This document shows positions 1 through 13,680 of a DNA stretch of 64,000 bases, in pieces. The notes under the pieces were generated by a model that ran no database searches, was not told the origin of the DNA, and worked only from the letters and a program-made list of their open reading frames with translations. The stretch is taken from positions 12,177,692 through 12,241,691 of the forward strand of contig CM119267.1 in NCBI GenBank assembly GCA_051294375.1, written 5' to 3'. The translations under genes and the position numbers were made by a program. Numbering within the stretch: position 1 is the first letter of the stretch; every line of letters begins with the position of its first letter. This stretch comes from Paraspadella gotoi. Its lineage: Eukaryota > Animalia > Chaetognatha.

Positions 1-249
1 GCTGCATACACTACGCCACGCTAATTTTCATCGTGTCGTAAATCGTTTTTCCAATTGGCTAAATTTTTCTTTTGACAACTTTTTTAAGACCTTCGCGACG
101 ATATTTTGGAATATCAAGACATGGAGGTACAACAGTGAAACCAAAAATTCCTAAAAAAAAAACATAAAAAAAAAAATATTCAAGTAATTATTTAAATACA
201 GCGACGAGAGAGAAAGGAGTGATTGTTTGCCTAAAGGGCGACCGGTACG

Positions 250-800
250 TCACACGGTCGTTTCAGAGTTGGGAGCGAAGTTTTCGGGCAGCGTATAGTT
301 TCTTGGGAGGGAGTTGCACGGGTACGCGGTTCTTTGGTCATCCTGCGGGGTGTAGCCGTGCTTCTGTTGCTGCTGGGTCGGCGCGGCGATCACGCCGTTG
401 CCCCGGCAGGCAGCTTCGAGGACACCGGGGCCGACTAGCGACGGCGTCTCATTCTGTCCCGTGTAAAAGGTAGCGGGATCGTAGGAGATCGTAGACGCGC
501 CGTTGGAAGTGTCGCCGCCGCCTCCTCCGTTGCTCCGCCGGCCGAACTCGTTGACGACCGGCTTCAGATATGCGGAGGAGGAGTTCGGCGGCAGAACGTG
601 CGGCGGGAGGGAGCCGGTGGCGTCGGACGCGACGACGACGACGGGGGGATAGTCGAGTAGCGACTGGGGAACGTCGCAGGCGGAGTGGCCGAAGGAGAAG
701 GAGCGGGAGAGCGGACCGGGTGGCGGTAGACCACCCCCGCCGACGCCACCGCCTCGCCGAGACAGAGTGGGAGTGGTTTTAATCTTTCCCATTCCGCTGC
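250..800 (-). CDS. Terminal coding exon ending in class I PDZ-binding motif -SETTV
   Basis: tctctgtcAG acceptor, phase 1 matching the previous exon. Open to TGA at 250-252; ends ...ENFAPNSETTV*. Confidence 0.75.
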
Positions 801-1119
801 CTGACAGAGACAGAGACAAAATCCGGTGTCCAGTTTGAAGAGACGGGAGAAACTAAGAAATAGGCATACTACGTGCACGTCGGAATTTGAAAGATAGATG
901 TTTATTGTTTAATGGTTTGGTAGGAAAATAAAAATAGTATTCTCTTCCCAAAATTAACGTGAATTTTACGAGACTTTACGCTGTCCAATTCAACAATTAT
1001 ATTTTTAATAAGTAATAAGTTATTACACTTATTTTTAAACTACTCCGTGCAAATATAAAAACTAAAATAAGAAAAAAAAAGAACGTGACTTACTTAAGAC
1101 AAGTGGCGCCACATCTCAC

Positions 1120-1960
1120 CTATGGTGCCGTAACCGGAAGACGGCTGCCCACCTATCGCCGCTTGTCGCTGCTCTGGAAATCTCGTCGGAAGCGCGAAGG
1201 GCGTGGAAAGAAAGTCACTTTTAGGTTCGACGACGCCGCCCGCGCCGCCCGCGACGCCGCTCGGCCTCGTAATGCCGCCTCGCGCCTGAGGTGCCGTCCC
1301 GACTTCGGCCCCGGAACCCATGGCGGCGACGTCGGGGCGCCAGTGGATCGGAGGAACCGTCGGCTGCGGAGGCGCCTCCGATTCGCCGGTCTCTCGAGCG
1401 TAGGCCTGGTTCATGACGGCGGCGGCCGCGGCGGCTGCTGCGGAGGCGTGTCCGGCGGCCGCTTGCTGCGCCTGATGCAGCGCCGCTAGATCCTGCGCCA
1501 GAAGCGGCGTTTCCGAGGCGTCGCTCTTGGATCGCGCGTGACGCGGGCGCTTCAGCGAGCGCTTCCCGGGGCCGCCACGGTGCTTGGAAGGCGGCGTCGC
1601 TTGCAGTTGCTGATGCAAATGCTGCTGTTGCTGTTGTTGCTGCTGCAGTTGTTGCTGGTGCTCCAAATGCATCTGGTGCATGTGCTGCTGGTGCTGCTGA
1701 TGCTGAAGGGCGTCGTGATACGACGGCGGCGGGGCGTTAACGCCGCCGCCGCCGCCGCCGCCGAATCCCTGACTCGGTTTCTGCGTTCCGGGCGACGAGG
1801 ACGCCTTCGCGCTTGACGGCGGCGTCGGTCCGCCGCCCGTCATGTGATCGCTGGCGACGCCGCCACCCGAGGAAGACATCAAAACGGCGCCGCCTGGGTT
1901 GTACGTCAGGCGCTGTCCGTCCGGCGTCTTTAGACTAGACTTAGGGCTTCGGTCGAGAAT
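1120..1960 (-). CDS. Low-complexity coding exon (poly-Q/H/A/G), putative GPCR C-terminal extension
   Basis: ttcttgacAG acceptor (phase 0) and ATAG|GTGAGA donor (phase 1). 280 open codons from ILDRSPKSS to SSGYGTI; very GC-rich compared with flanking introns. Confidence 0.75.
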
Positions 1961-2121
1961 CTGTCAAGAATTGTGATGTTTGGATGTTTCGTTGTTAAGA
2001 TTGTTCATTTCTTCCTTCCTTCCTTCCTTCCTTCCCTTCCTTCCTGTCCTTCCTTCCTTCCTTCCTTCCTTCCTCCTCCTTCCTCCTTCCTTCCTTCCTT
2101 CCATCCATCCATTTCACTCAC

Positions 2122-2309
2122 TTGTCCGTGAACTATCGGCGGAGCCGTCGGGTGCAGCGGCGACCGATCCGGCCCCAATCCTCCCTGGACGAGGCCGCCG
2201 TTTTGTCCGCCGGGCGCGAAGCCGGCGTGCGACGCCCGAGTCAGGGCGAATTTGCGGCGCCCCGTCGACGCCGCCGTGGATCTCTACTTCCGTCGAGGGT
2301 TGAGGAGCA
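2122..2309 (-). CDS. GPCR exon containing an in-frame TAG (2284-2286) followed by 54 open codons
   Basis: C-rich tract with ccccaAG acceptor and GTGAGT donor. Phase-1 entry reads VLLNPRRK*RSTAASTGRRKFALTRASHAGFAPGGQNGGLVQGGLGPDRSPLHPTAPPIVHGQ and ends in phase 0. Confidence 0.6.
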
Positions 2310-2709
2310 CTTGGGGTGAAATGGGGGGGGGGGTAGTTTTCGGTGGGGAAAGAAAAAAATGAGCTTGATGTGAGTGGTCGTTGTTTTCTTTATTTTAGTT
2401 CGTTTTTAATAATCTTACGGTCTTGGGGGTTTTAAATAACTATACTGTGGCGCGAGTCTTGATTCAAAGCTTGCTGACTCTGCAATGCATTGTCCACCAT
2501 AGTTTCTTCAGGAGCAAGAGAGTTTTTTTATTTAATAAATAAATAAGAATAAAAAGTGAAAAAAAGAACAAAATATTTATACAAATAAAGAGCGAGACAG
2601 ACAGTGAGATAGAGAAAAAGAAAAAAAGGAGAGCGAGAAAAAGAGAGTTCTTGAGAAAGAATAGCTTAATTTTTTTCATTGCCAAATTCTAAAGGCGCGA
2701 TTTCAGTAT

Positions 2710-3977
<1,268 letters not shown>

Positions 3978-4027
3978 TGACGAATCTTATTTTCTTTTTT
4001 TTTCGTTCTTTCCGACTGACAGTTTCT

Positions 4028-4106
<79 letters not shown>

Positions 4107-4147
4107 TCCGCGTCCCCGTCCCCGGGAAAAAAGGGGTCGTTCCTTAC

Positions 4148-4285
4148 CTTTCCCATGGGAGGGCGTTGCGGTTTTCCCGGTCATTTGAGCGGAAACAGCG
4201 GCAGCGGCGGCTGCCGCGGCGGCGGCGGCGGCGGCGGCGTCGGAAGCTGTCGTTCCGTTGCCTTCTGTACGATCCAAAGTTTGAT
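4148..4285 (-). CDS. Peptide GPCR exon: C-tail with poly-Ala
   Basis: ttttttccAG / GTAAGG sites. DQTLDRTEGNGTTASDA(n)VSAQMTGKTATPSHGK, phase 1-1, GC-rich island in AT-rich surroundings. Confidence 0.75.
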
Positions 4286-4805
4286 CTGGAAAAAAAGGAA
4301 AGGAAAAAATTTTGTTATACAAAATAACATAAATTCTACTTTGCGATTTGTAATAAAAGTTGTTTTTTTTCGGTTTATCGGGTTAAGTAGTCACCACTGT
4401 ACTAAAAGTTTCATATCAATCCTCTTCTTCAAAAAGAAAAAAAAAGAAAAAAATATGTTTTTACCTAAAAGTTTTTTTTAAAATCTCATCGTTCATTTCT
4501 CTCAAAATTGTTGCCAATTTCGCAGCGCCAGAGTCCTTGCCCTCCTGACCCATATGACACACACCCTCTCTAACCCCCCCCCCGCCAACGTGGAAACAGG
4601 CCCCGAAATTCCCACGTTGCCGTCGTCATCAATTTCTTTCCGTCGTTTTCCCTTTTCCTCGTTTTTGAACCAAGGCACGCCTTCATTTTTTTTTCACTTC
4701 GCTGTTTTTCTCCCACTTTTTTTCTGAGGCTTTTTTGGATAGCTTATCCCTTTTCAGTTTTCACATTTCTCTGGGGTGTGACGATAAAATGACGCCGGTG
4801 ATGGA

Positions 4806-4840
<35 letters not shown>

Positions 4841-5058
4841 TTTCATCTACGAACTTCGTCCTCAAACGTCAAAATTTTGCTCTCGTCCATTGACGCGTGA
4901 TAAGTTTCAGGGTAAAATTAATAATAATAAAATAAATAAATAAAAAAAAATATTTAAACTTTTATACCTGCACTCACCACCTTATGTCACTGGAGCGTTA
5001 TACTGGCACCATCATACTTAAATCGGAGTGACCGCAAGTGGACAGTATCAGTAATTAG

Positions 5059-6000
5059 TAGAGCGTAGTGAAAGTTACGTACGAAAATTCTTAAAGTTAA
5101 TTATGAATAACATACCATCAGTGAACATTAATTTGTAAAAAAAAGTTTTTTAATTTTCGCATTTTTATATATAGTAGGGGATATTTTAAAGGACTATTTT
5201 TGCAAACGTTTTCAAAATTTGAAAAAAGCACAATTTGTATTCAGAGATGAGGAAAATATTCATTTTTGACTACCGGGATAAAAGATTTGCATTCGCCAGG
5301 TCAAAACCAAACGGTAGTTAAAATGATGGTAAAAAATTTAAAAATTGAAAAAACGAGCCCTGTCCAACAATTAGGTTAACATTCCAGTATAAAAGGAGAT
5401 AGACCGACGCGGGTCTATTACCCCTCTCCTCTCATTCACCTCCTCTTCATCCTCCTCCCAAGGATTCGGGGCCGCGTTCACGAGATTCAGTTCACCTTTT
5501 CTCTTCTCCCCTTTTTTTACCCTCATGATTTTGTCGCCGTATAGATATAGATATAGATACCTTCTCAGAGCATTCATTTTTCTGAATCTTTAGAAGATAT
5601 TTTTTATTAATATAATACTAAATTTTATTTAATTATTTATTTTTTAATTTTCATTCATTTTTAAAAATTAAGGGTTAAAAATTAGAAAAACTATATTTAA
5701 TATATAAAAAGTTAATTTTCAGCTTAAAATATAGCTTTTTCTGATTTTTGAAGGAATTTTTCAAAAAGAGTTATATTTCTTTTCATCAACTTTTTATGAC
5801 GAATCCGAATCTGCAAAAAAATCTTAGAAAAAACTGTTCTAAAACTTTAACATTTATACTATGTATAAATATGGCCTAATGTGTAAATAGTGAAATTTAT
5901 AATATTTTTTTTATACAGAAATGTCGATTAGCATAATGTTGTTCGTTCCTCACTTTTAGAATTTTAATTAAAGTTAAATTTAGAAATTTTACTACTCCAT
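5059..6000. mobile_element. AT-rich non-autonomous DNA element with 8-9-bp TSD, inserted in a family B relic
   Basis: AGTAATTAG at 5050-5058 and 6001-6009. Flanks 4975-5045 and 6005-6055 match contiguous parts of 45191-45517, where the site occurs once (AGTACTTAG). Confidence 0.55.
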
Positions 6001-6097
6001 AGTAATTAGCTGTCCAAGCTGTGGGGTCTAGCTGGAAGGGAGAGTGCTATACGGGAAAAGATTTCGGGATATAGTCACCTTACTTATTCGAACTTAC

Positions 6098-6230
6098 CCC
6101 TAGATCTCGAGGTGGAATTGGTGAGTCTTTCTCGAGATTGACTCCTGTCGATCTCTTTGTAGTCGTTGGAATCGTCGAAGAGAAGGTCGCTGGGCGGAGG
6201 CTGGTTGGGTCGGCAGTGGTGGAGGACAAC
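6098..6230 (-). CDS. Peptide GPCR exon: proximal C-tail
   Basis: cccccAG / GTAAGT sites. VVLHHCRPNQPPPSDLLFDDSNDYKEIDRSQSRERLTNSTSRSR is open. Phase 0 in, phase 1 out. Confidence 0.8.
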
Positions 6231-6992
6231 CTGGGGGGGGGGGTTGAAAGTGGTGGTAGGACCAGGGGTAGATTTTGCTATGTTTTTATAATTTTTTACA
6301 GCACTACAGTAAAAATCGTGCCCCGACGTTTGCTAAAATCAGTTATTAATTGCAATTAAATTTAAAAAATCACGATGACTAAAAAAAACCAAGAAAAAAG
6401 GGTTTTTAGTCAAAATTTTATAAAATAAGCTCCTTTTATTTTGATGCTGGGCGGAGTACAACATAGTATTCCCCGATCTAATACTTAAGGGAGTGGTCTT
6501 TTTATACAATTCTTTGAAATATTTTACCACTTCATTAATAGGGAAGCCAGGTATTCTGGGAGTGAATAAACTAAACTGTGAGAGTTTTGATTGAAAGCTT
6601 GCAGGGACCTGCTATGTCATTATCTTGGAGGCCTTAAGTAGTTTATTTAAGAATGGATAATTTTTATATTGGTTGAACCAATTTCATAGAAATCAAATTA
6701 TAACCCATCTCATCTTTAACACCGCAACTACGATTAAATTTTAGAATCCTTATTTGGATAATTTTTTACAATAATTTTTGCATTACAGATTTTTAGATAC
6801 ATATATTAAAATTATATGCTTTTGCTAGAATAACTTACCAAAATTTTTTTTGGAAAATTTAAAACAGACCAAAACACTTAAGAGTTCAAAAATGCTTAAA
6901 CACCAATAAACATTAATTTAAAGTATTCATCTTGAGTTACAATTTGAGAAAGGGTTGGGAAAGAGCCATCGGAAGCGTGGCTCTTGACTCAC

Positions 6993-7126
6993 GTATTTTA
7001 GCATTGCTCTGAAGGCCGGATTGACGGAGGCGAAGACAAGGAGGTTGACGGAAGAGTTGATGGTGAGGAGCATGACCGAGAGCGCGAAGATCCGTCGCAC
7101 AGCGGGGATCGACATCATTGTGGATT
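6993..7126 (-). CDS. Peptide GPCR exon: TM7 and helix 8
   Basis: ctctccAG / GTGAGT sites. ESTMMSIPAVRRIFALSVMLLTINSSVNLLVFASVNPAFRAMLKY contains NSSVN and the helix-8 FR. Phase 1 in, phase 0 out. Confidence 0.9.
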
Positions 7127-7267
7127 CTGGAGAGTGGGGGTAGTAAGGCGGGACAAAATTTACAATATAAAATTGTCTGTAACATAAGTCTTTTTTGTCC
7201 TTCTTCAACTAAATTGATTTATAATATTAAACTTATTGAAACATAGAACCATTTTAGTATTTGATAG

Positions 7268-7453
7268 TTAGTAGAACAGATTTGTGATTTAACAACGATT
7301 TTATTTAATAAACGGACATGATTCGTCTTTGTTTTAAAGTCTTCATCAGCGCTTTGACAGCGCTTTGTCAAAGTGCTGATGAAGACTTGAAAACAAAGTC
7401 GAATCATGTCCTTTTATTAAATAAATCGTGGAATCACAAATCTGTTCTACTAA
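7268..7453. repeat. 186-bp palindrome whose arms each contain a hammerhead-like motif
   Basis: Arms are imperfect reverse complements around about 7362. Each reads CTGATGAAGACT..stem..GAATCATGTC, with GAAA changed to GAAT in both. Confidence 0.8.
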
Positions 7454-7699
7454 TCACCATACACAACGAGAAAAAAGGATTAATAGTATTTGATTGTAAA
7501 AAAAAATAGGAAACAAATTTTGTATTCAGAATTTTTAAGAATACTAAAGAGATTACAAAATAGATTGTTAAATTTTAGATGTTGTAAAAATTTTATAAAA
7601 TTAAAAAAAAAAATTAACTATAATATATAATAAATATTTATTAAATGAATGGATAATTTTCATATTGGTTGTACCAAATTCATAAAATTTATCTTTTTG

Positions 7700-7950
7700 T
7701 ATTTTGATGCTGACAAAGTAAATATAGTATTCCCCGATCTAATACTTAAGGGAGTGGTCTTTTCATACAATTGAAACATTCATTGGGAGTGATAGACAAG
7801 ACTGTGAGAGAGTCTTGATTGAAAGCTTGCAGGGACCAGCTATATCATTATCTTGTAAGAGTGATGGAGGCCTTAAACCACCAAAGCCTGTCCAAAGTCA
7901 GACGCAAGAAAGCTTATTTATTAAACGAATGGATAATTTTTATATTGGTT
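7700..7950 (+). repeat. Dispersed repeat (SINE/LINE-tail-like), with related copies at 6440-6690 and 34268-34385
   Basis: Shared GGAGGCCTTAA...GAATGGATAATTTTTATATTGGTT; the 34.3-kb copy ends in a (CATA)n-like tail. Confidence 0.6.
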
Positions 7951-8059
7951 CTACCTTAATCATTTTTATGATCTCTAATAGACACTTGACCAATATCTAC
8001 AGGAATATCAGACATCTTCGAGTTTTCAACATCTGCCTTAGTTTTAGTGGTTAGCAGGG

Positions 8060-8167
<108 letters not shown>

Positions 8168-8615
8168 CTCATTTCTGTTCCCGTGACACTTTCACACTTT
8201 TTTTTTCTCGTCAGTCCGAAGGCCGAGGTTTATCTTCTGTACGACCTTCTCAAAATTGTCTTCACTTTCGTCAAACACGAAAAAACTCAGTTTATTTTTT
8301 TACACGAACGAAAATCTCACCAGTTTTCTCTAGACGTTCATTTACTGCTCGTGAGTGATTTCATCTTTAAAAGTCACAAATCACGCACCCCCCCTTCGCC
8401 TCATCGCTCTGTCTACGCTTGACCAATCTCGCCACCGCGCCGGCGCCTCCCACTTCCGCGTCACCGAACCGGAAACCGCGCCCTCTTTTTCTCCAACGCG
8501 GTCAGCGAGAAAATCGCAAATTCGGAGGAGAAAGCCGAAGGGGGCGGATTAGGGGGGTCAATCTGGGGCCTTTTCGTGACGTTGTAACTTGAAACAGGTT
8601 GAAGAGGTGTGAGAG

Positions 8616-8674
<59 letters not shown>

Positions 8675-8940
8675 GGAGGACTCATACGGTGACGTACTTG
8701 AGACTAAGTGTGACTTCCTATGCCGTTGCCTGTTAAACTATATTCTGAAAGAATCAGTATCAGTTATTTTTCCTAATGCAATAAATATTAAAAAAAACTT
8801 TGATTTTTTCCTCCTCGTTTGAGTATTTTACTTAAAATAGTGTTTTGAGGAAGAACGAAATAATGTAAAAAAGGCATGATCGCCAATAACGATTCACCGT
8901 CCTAATGATCGTCATCTTCTCACATCATCCGTTGTCTCAC

Positions 8941-9046
8941 CTGAGCTACTGACGGTTACGATAGCGATGGTGACCACTTGCAACATTTGGCCAGAGAAGT
9001 TAAAGACGAGGAAGAGGAACATTTTGATGATGCACGCCAACGTCAT
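8941..9046 (-). CDS. Peptide GPCR exon: TM6
   Basis: tttttccccAG / GTGAGA sites. MTLACIIKMFLFLVFNFSGQMLQVVTIAIVTVSSS; its phase-1 end matches the TM7 exon. Confidence 0.8.
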
Positions 9047-10014
9047 CTGGGGAAAAAAAAGAGAAATGGTGTGTCGAGGGTTTTTTTTTTTTTTATTAAT
9101 GGAGTCGTTGTCGTCGGGTTGATTATCACGAGCATCGTCATTAGCTTCAGTCGTCTTGGATATTTTCGGCATTTTTTTTAATTAACGCGATGAGCAGCGG
9201 TCGCCGACATCATCTTCGTATGAGTCATTGTATTTTGTCATCATCGTCCTTTGTTTTATTGGTGTCGATATTTCTCGGTCGGCCAAGAGATCATCTTCTT
9301 CCTCATTTTCCACGTCGTCGTCGCTGTCGTCGTCGTTGTCGACGTCGTCGCTCGAATTCATCATCGTCGTCTCGACGCCTTTAAACCGATCAGGAGGAGA
9401 CGGCAGCGGCGGCGGCGGCTGCGACGAACGCGGCGGCGTCAGCGGCGGAAGTGATTTTCCTTTTCGACGCTTTTGTGATGAAGACGTTGGAAGGTGAATG
9501 AATTACGCTCGCGACGCGCGACTCAAAATCGATGGAAGAAAAATGAGAGAGAAGGAAAAAAAAGGGAGAGAAAAAAAGATGAGGATGGAAAAATTGAGAA
9601 TTGAAAAATTGCGACGGAGGAAAGAAAAGGAAAGGGAGGAAAGGAAAGGGAGAGGGAGGAAAGAAAAGAAGAAAAAAAAATGAGAGAGAAATTGAGGAGA
9701 ATTGGGAGAAGTGAGTAGAACTTTATCTCACGTAGTAAGATAGAGTTTATAAAGTTTATACGTATTGTTTAAAAGAAACACGAAAATGCGCAAGAATAAA
9801 AAAGATAATTAATTTTACGAAGTATTATGGAAGGCAATAAAATCGAATCGAATGAAACGAATAATGTAAAATGAAAAATGATAAAATTAATATGAAAAAG
9901 GTAATGAAATAAAAATCTGTTAAAAAAATTGTCAGAGAAATCAAGGAAATCTCAGAAGAGGAGACAAAAACAATTAAAAGAAAGCGATAAAAAAAGAGAG
10001 AGAAACAAAGAGAG

Positions 10015-10046
<32 letters not shown>

Positions 10047-10050
10047 AGAG

Positions 10051-10102
<52 letters not shown>

Positions 10103-11507
10103 CAGGTGGGATTTTGACGACAGCGATGGTGGCAATAGACAATTAGGAAAAGAGCCACTCGGGAGAGATGAAAGGGGAAAAAAATGTGGAAAAAAAGGAA
10201 GAAAAAAGAAAAGAGAGAAAGTGAGGAAAATATTAAGGCCGAAAGAAAAAAAAGAAAGAAACAAAGAGAGAAAGAGTAAGTGAGAAAGAAAGAGAAAGAA
10301 AGAAAGACATGAACGGAGCACAGAGAACATACATTTCGTATTCCCGCGGCGCGAGGGATAAAAACTCTGTGGACGCAAAAACTAACGGCGAAGGAGATGT
10401 GAATCGCGCGAAGAGCAGAACAAACGAAATCGTGAAGGTAAACGAAGGGGAGTGGGGAGTGAGGAGTGAAAGTGAAAGTGAAACGATGGGGAGTGAGGGG
10501 TGGGAAAAGGAGCAGGGGAGAGAGGGAAGGAAAGAAGGGGCATGGAAAACGGTCAACGAAGGATAGTGAGAGGGCGTTTTTGTTTGCAAGGAAACGTCGA
10601 GTGGAAGTTAACGATTATTGTTATGATCGAGAACATGAATAAGGACGTGATTATGTTACAGTACTTAAACAAAAATAGTTTATAGTTTACATAAAGAAAT
10701 TTTGTATGAGCTGCGATCGAGAAAGAGGCTGAGAGTTGAGTGTGATTTGTCAGGATGAACCAATTTCAAAGGTGGTAGATCCTTCGGGTAGATGGGCTTG
10801 AGTTCTTGTGAGCCTCGATCCAAGATGCCCCAAATCCAAAGAGACTCATGATCATTTCTGGACTTCGTGTTTTCTGGTCACCGACTGTGGTCAGTGGTCA
10901 AGCGGTAGATTCATGACCATTCTATGAGTCGATGGGTGGAGCGGTCAAAGGAATCCAGCCAAGCCGCCTGGTGGCATCTCGCGAAACAAATTCGTTCCGA
11001 TTGGATCGTTTCCGGCCGAAACGGCCAATCTCGATTGTTCGCCCTCCATTTCCAGTCGAATGCCGGGAATCCGGCGCCGCGCCGTCCGCCTCCGAATCCG
11101 CCGAGAATTCGTTAATGGGCGAAAGCCGCCAAACCGGAAAAATCTCGGGCGGAAACGAAAAAAATTACGGAGAATCAATGATACCTAGATCGTGGCGATA
11201 TTTTCGATTCGGCCGAGTTGGAAGTCAAATAAGAAACCGGCTCCAAACATTATCCGAAGTTAAAGGAGGATAAGAATATTTATTTATTCACGGACGGTAG
11301 TTTTTTATCCATTTTTAAAATAAATTCCTATTGGATATTAATATTTAGAGGTGTGACTTGGCTTGAAAAGGCTTCAGGGTAAAGGATTTTACCTTTTCAG
11401 TTCAGTCGACGACAAATTTTTCGGAAACCTATTCCTGTTGGTTTCTCCCCAATTTTACGAAAAATTACATCCGTCGTCTGCTTCTTTATCTTCTTAAAAG
11501 AATCCGG

Positions 11508-11623
<116 letters not shown>

Positions 11624-13058
11624 ATTGTAACGACTTGGGTTCCGACCATAATCCCGATTTCCAAAGGAGGTGGAGCGACCAAACGATTTCGGGCGATGAC
11701 AGAGGAGGAGGAGGAGGAGGAGGAGGAAGTGGAGGAAAAGGAGGAAAAGGAGAAAAGGAAAGATGATGAAGGAAGAAAGAAAAGAAAAAAAAGATCCATT
11801 TTTGGTAAGTTTCGTGATCAACAAACTTGAAATTCAAAGAAGAGAAAGCAATTTGACGTTGAACAATGTCAATAAAAATAAAACAAATTTTTGAAAAAAA
11901 ACCCAAACTTTAAATTTGTGACAGCTAATGGTTGAAAAATTTTCCATAAATAATTAAATCGAACCCAAAAAAAGAAAAAAAAACTCCGTTTGTTTTTCCT
12001 TCTCAAATATTTTTTGTGTTCCATCCGCCAAAAGTTTCATTGGGAATCAACGTTGCGAAAGGCCTAACGACCGGAGGCTCCTTGCCGCGCATTTCTGTCG
12101 AGGGACTTTAAAAGTTGCAAAGGCTCATGGTTGCCCAGAGGCGAAACTCGAACAGACTATATGGCGTTTCTCTAGTTTACAATATCCTACCCTGTAGACC
12201 CTACAGGGCTATCGTCATTATCTTGAGACTGTAAATGATATACAATAAACCAAAGACGAAATTCAAGAAGAGAAATATTCGGTTTTTAACGTTCGTGGGC
12301 GAGAGGCTTCGTCGAGACGAGCGGGGGTGGAGCCTTCATTAGCGTCACGAGGGGGCGTGGCTGATGGAAACGAATGCCGCAGAGGAGAAATAGGAATGTG
12401 GGTTGTAAAGAGGGAGTTCGGGTAAGGCGTTCTGGTAAGTTTCTTCCGAATCCAAAACTGTATGATTTGCGACCTCAGCGGATAATTCGGAAGCAACGCC
12501 GGCGATTCTCCCATAAATGTGAGAGAGGGTGACAATGGCCGCGAGAACGACCGACAGAAACGATAAACGGACCGACGGATAAACGGACAGACCGACGGGT
12601 CCGACAGACCGACAGACCGACAGTCGAGTTTGTCACGCATTTTATACGAGCGGCGCCAAAGGTGGCCTGAGGGCCGAGGCCGGCGGGGCGCTGACTTGCA
12701 TACGAGACGAAGGGGGAATTCGCCTTCGCAGGAGTAAAAGGAAAACAGTTTCCAGGGAATTAACGGAAATGAAGTCTTTATTTAAGTTTATTCTAATTAA
12801 TTAATTGCTGACTAATTAATTAATTATTTGATGAATTGTTTGATTGAATCATCGAATCATTGGGTGTTTCGAGTGAGGAGTGGAGCCAGTGACTAAAAAC
12901 GAGAGGCGGGAGAGGGGCATTGGTAGAGGGTGAACTTTAGTAATATATATATATTATAATAATATTTTGTCACTTAAATTACTCAGTTTGATTTCCTTAT
13001 TAACTTTACTTTTAATTTGTTATTGCTGCATTTCGACCCCAAAACTGAGAGAGAGAAG

Positions 13059-13128
<70 letters not shown>

Positions 13129-13264
13129 CAAGTTTCCAACACAGAGTTGAGTAAAAGATAGTAGTAAAGTAATAAGTTTAAGAATTAAGAAAGAGCTCAA
13201 AATGAGCTGGCCCCCCTTTTTTTTTGCGCTCTCTCCTCAGAGAAAGGGAGTGAGTTACTACAGT

Positions 13265-13680
13265 TTAGGGTGAGGCATCGTCTGCCCATTGCCTGCGCAA
13301 GGGTCTCCGCCTGACTCGTTGAGTGGAGATAGGTGAATCATTGTGCGGACGTGGGGGAGACGGGGCCTCCACCACGTTTTTGATAAGCGAATCATAGCTT
13401 GGAGGGAGATCAAATCGTCCTCCAACACGGTTCAAAGAGGGCTCAAGAGCTTTGATGTAGATTGCCTCTCTAATACCTCTTGTGAACCAATTTTGGTCAT
13501 GAGTCAGCACGAGACAGTCCGACTCTTTGAATACATGGCCAGTATTTGCCGTGTGCTCGGCAACAGCAGATAGATAATGCCCTCGGGAATCGCGGTAAGA
13601 TTTCGTATGCTGCTGGAAGCGGGCTGCCAGAGACGTGTCTGTCTCGCCCACGTATGCTGCTGTACAAGGCGCTGGTTGAG
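13265..13680 (-). mobile_element. Penelope-like retroelement fragment (GIY-YIG endonuclease, 5'-truncated)
   Basis: YVGET..L..RF.QH, SAVAEH, R.IREAIYIK..PSLNR..G motifs; clearly homologous to 26729-27259. Confidence 0.9.

Noticed and set aside
9190-9497. Ser/Gly-rich plus-strand ORF with a hydrophobic start
   Set aside because: No in-frame ATG or partner exon; largely (CGT/CGG)n low-complexity sequence.
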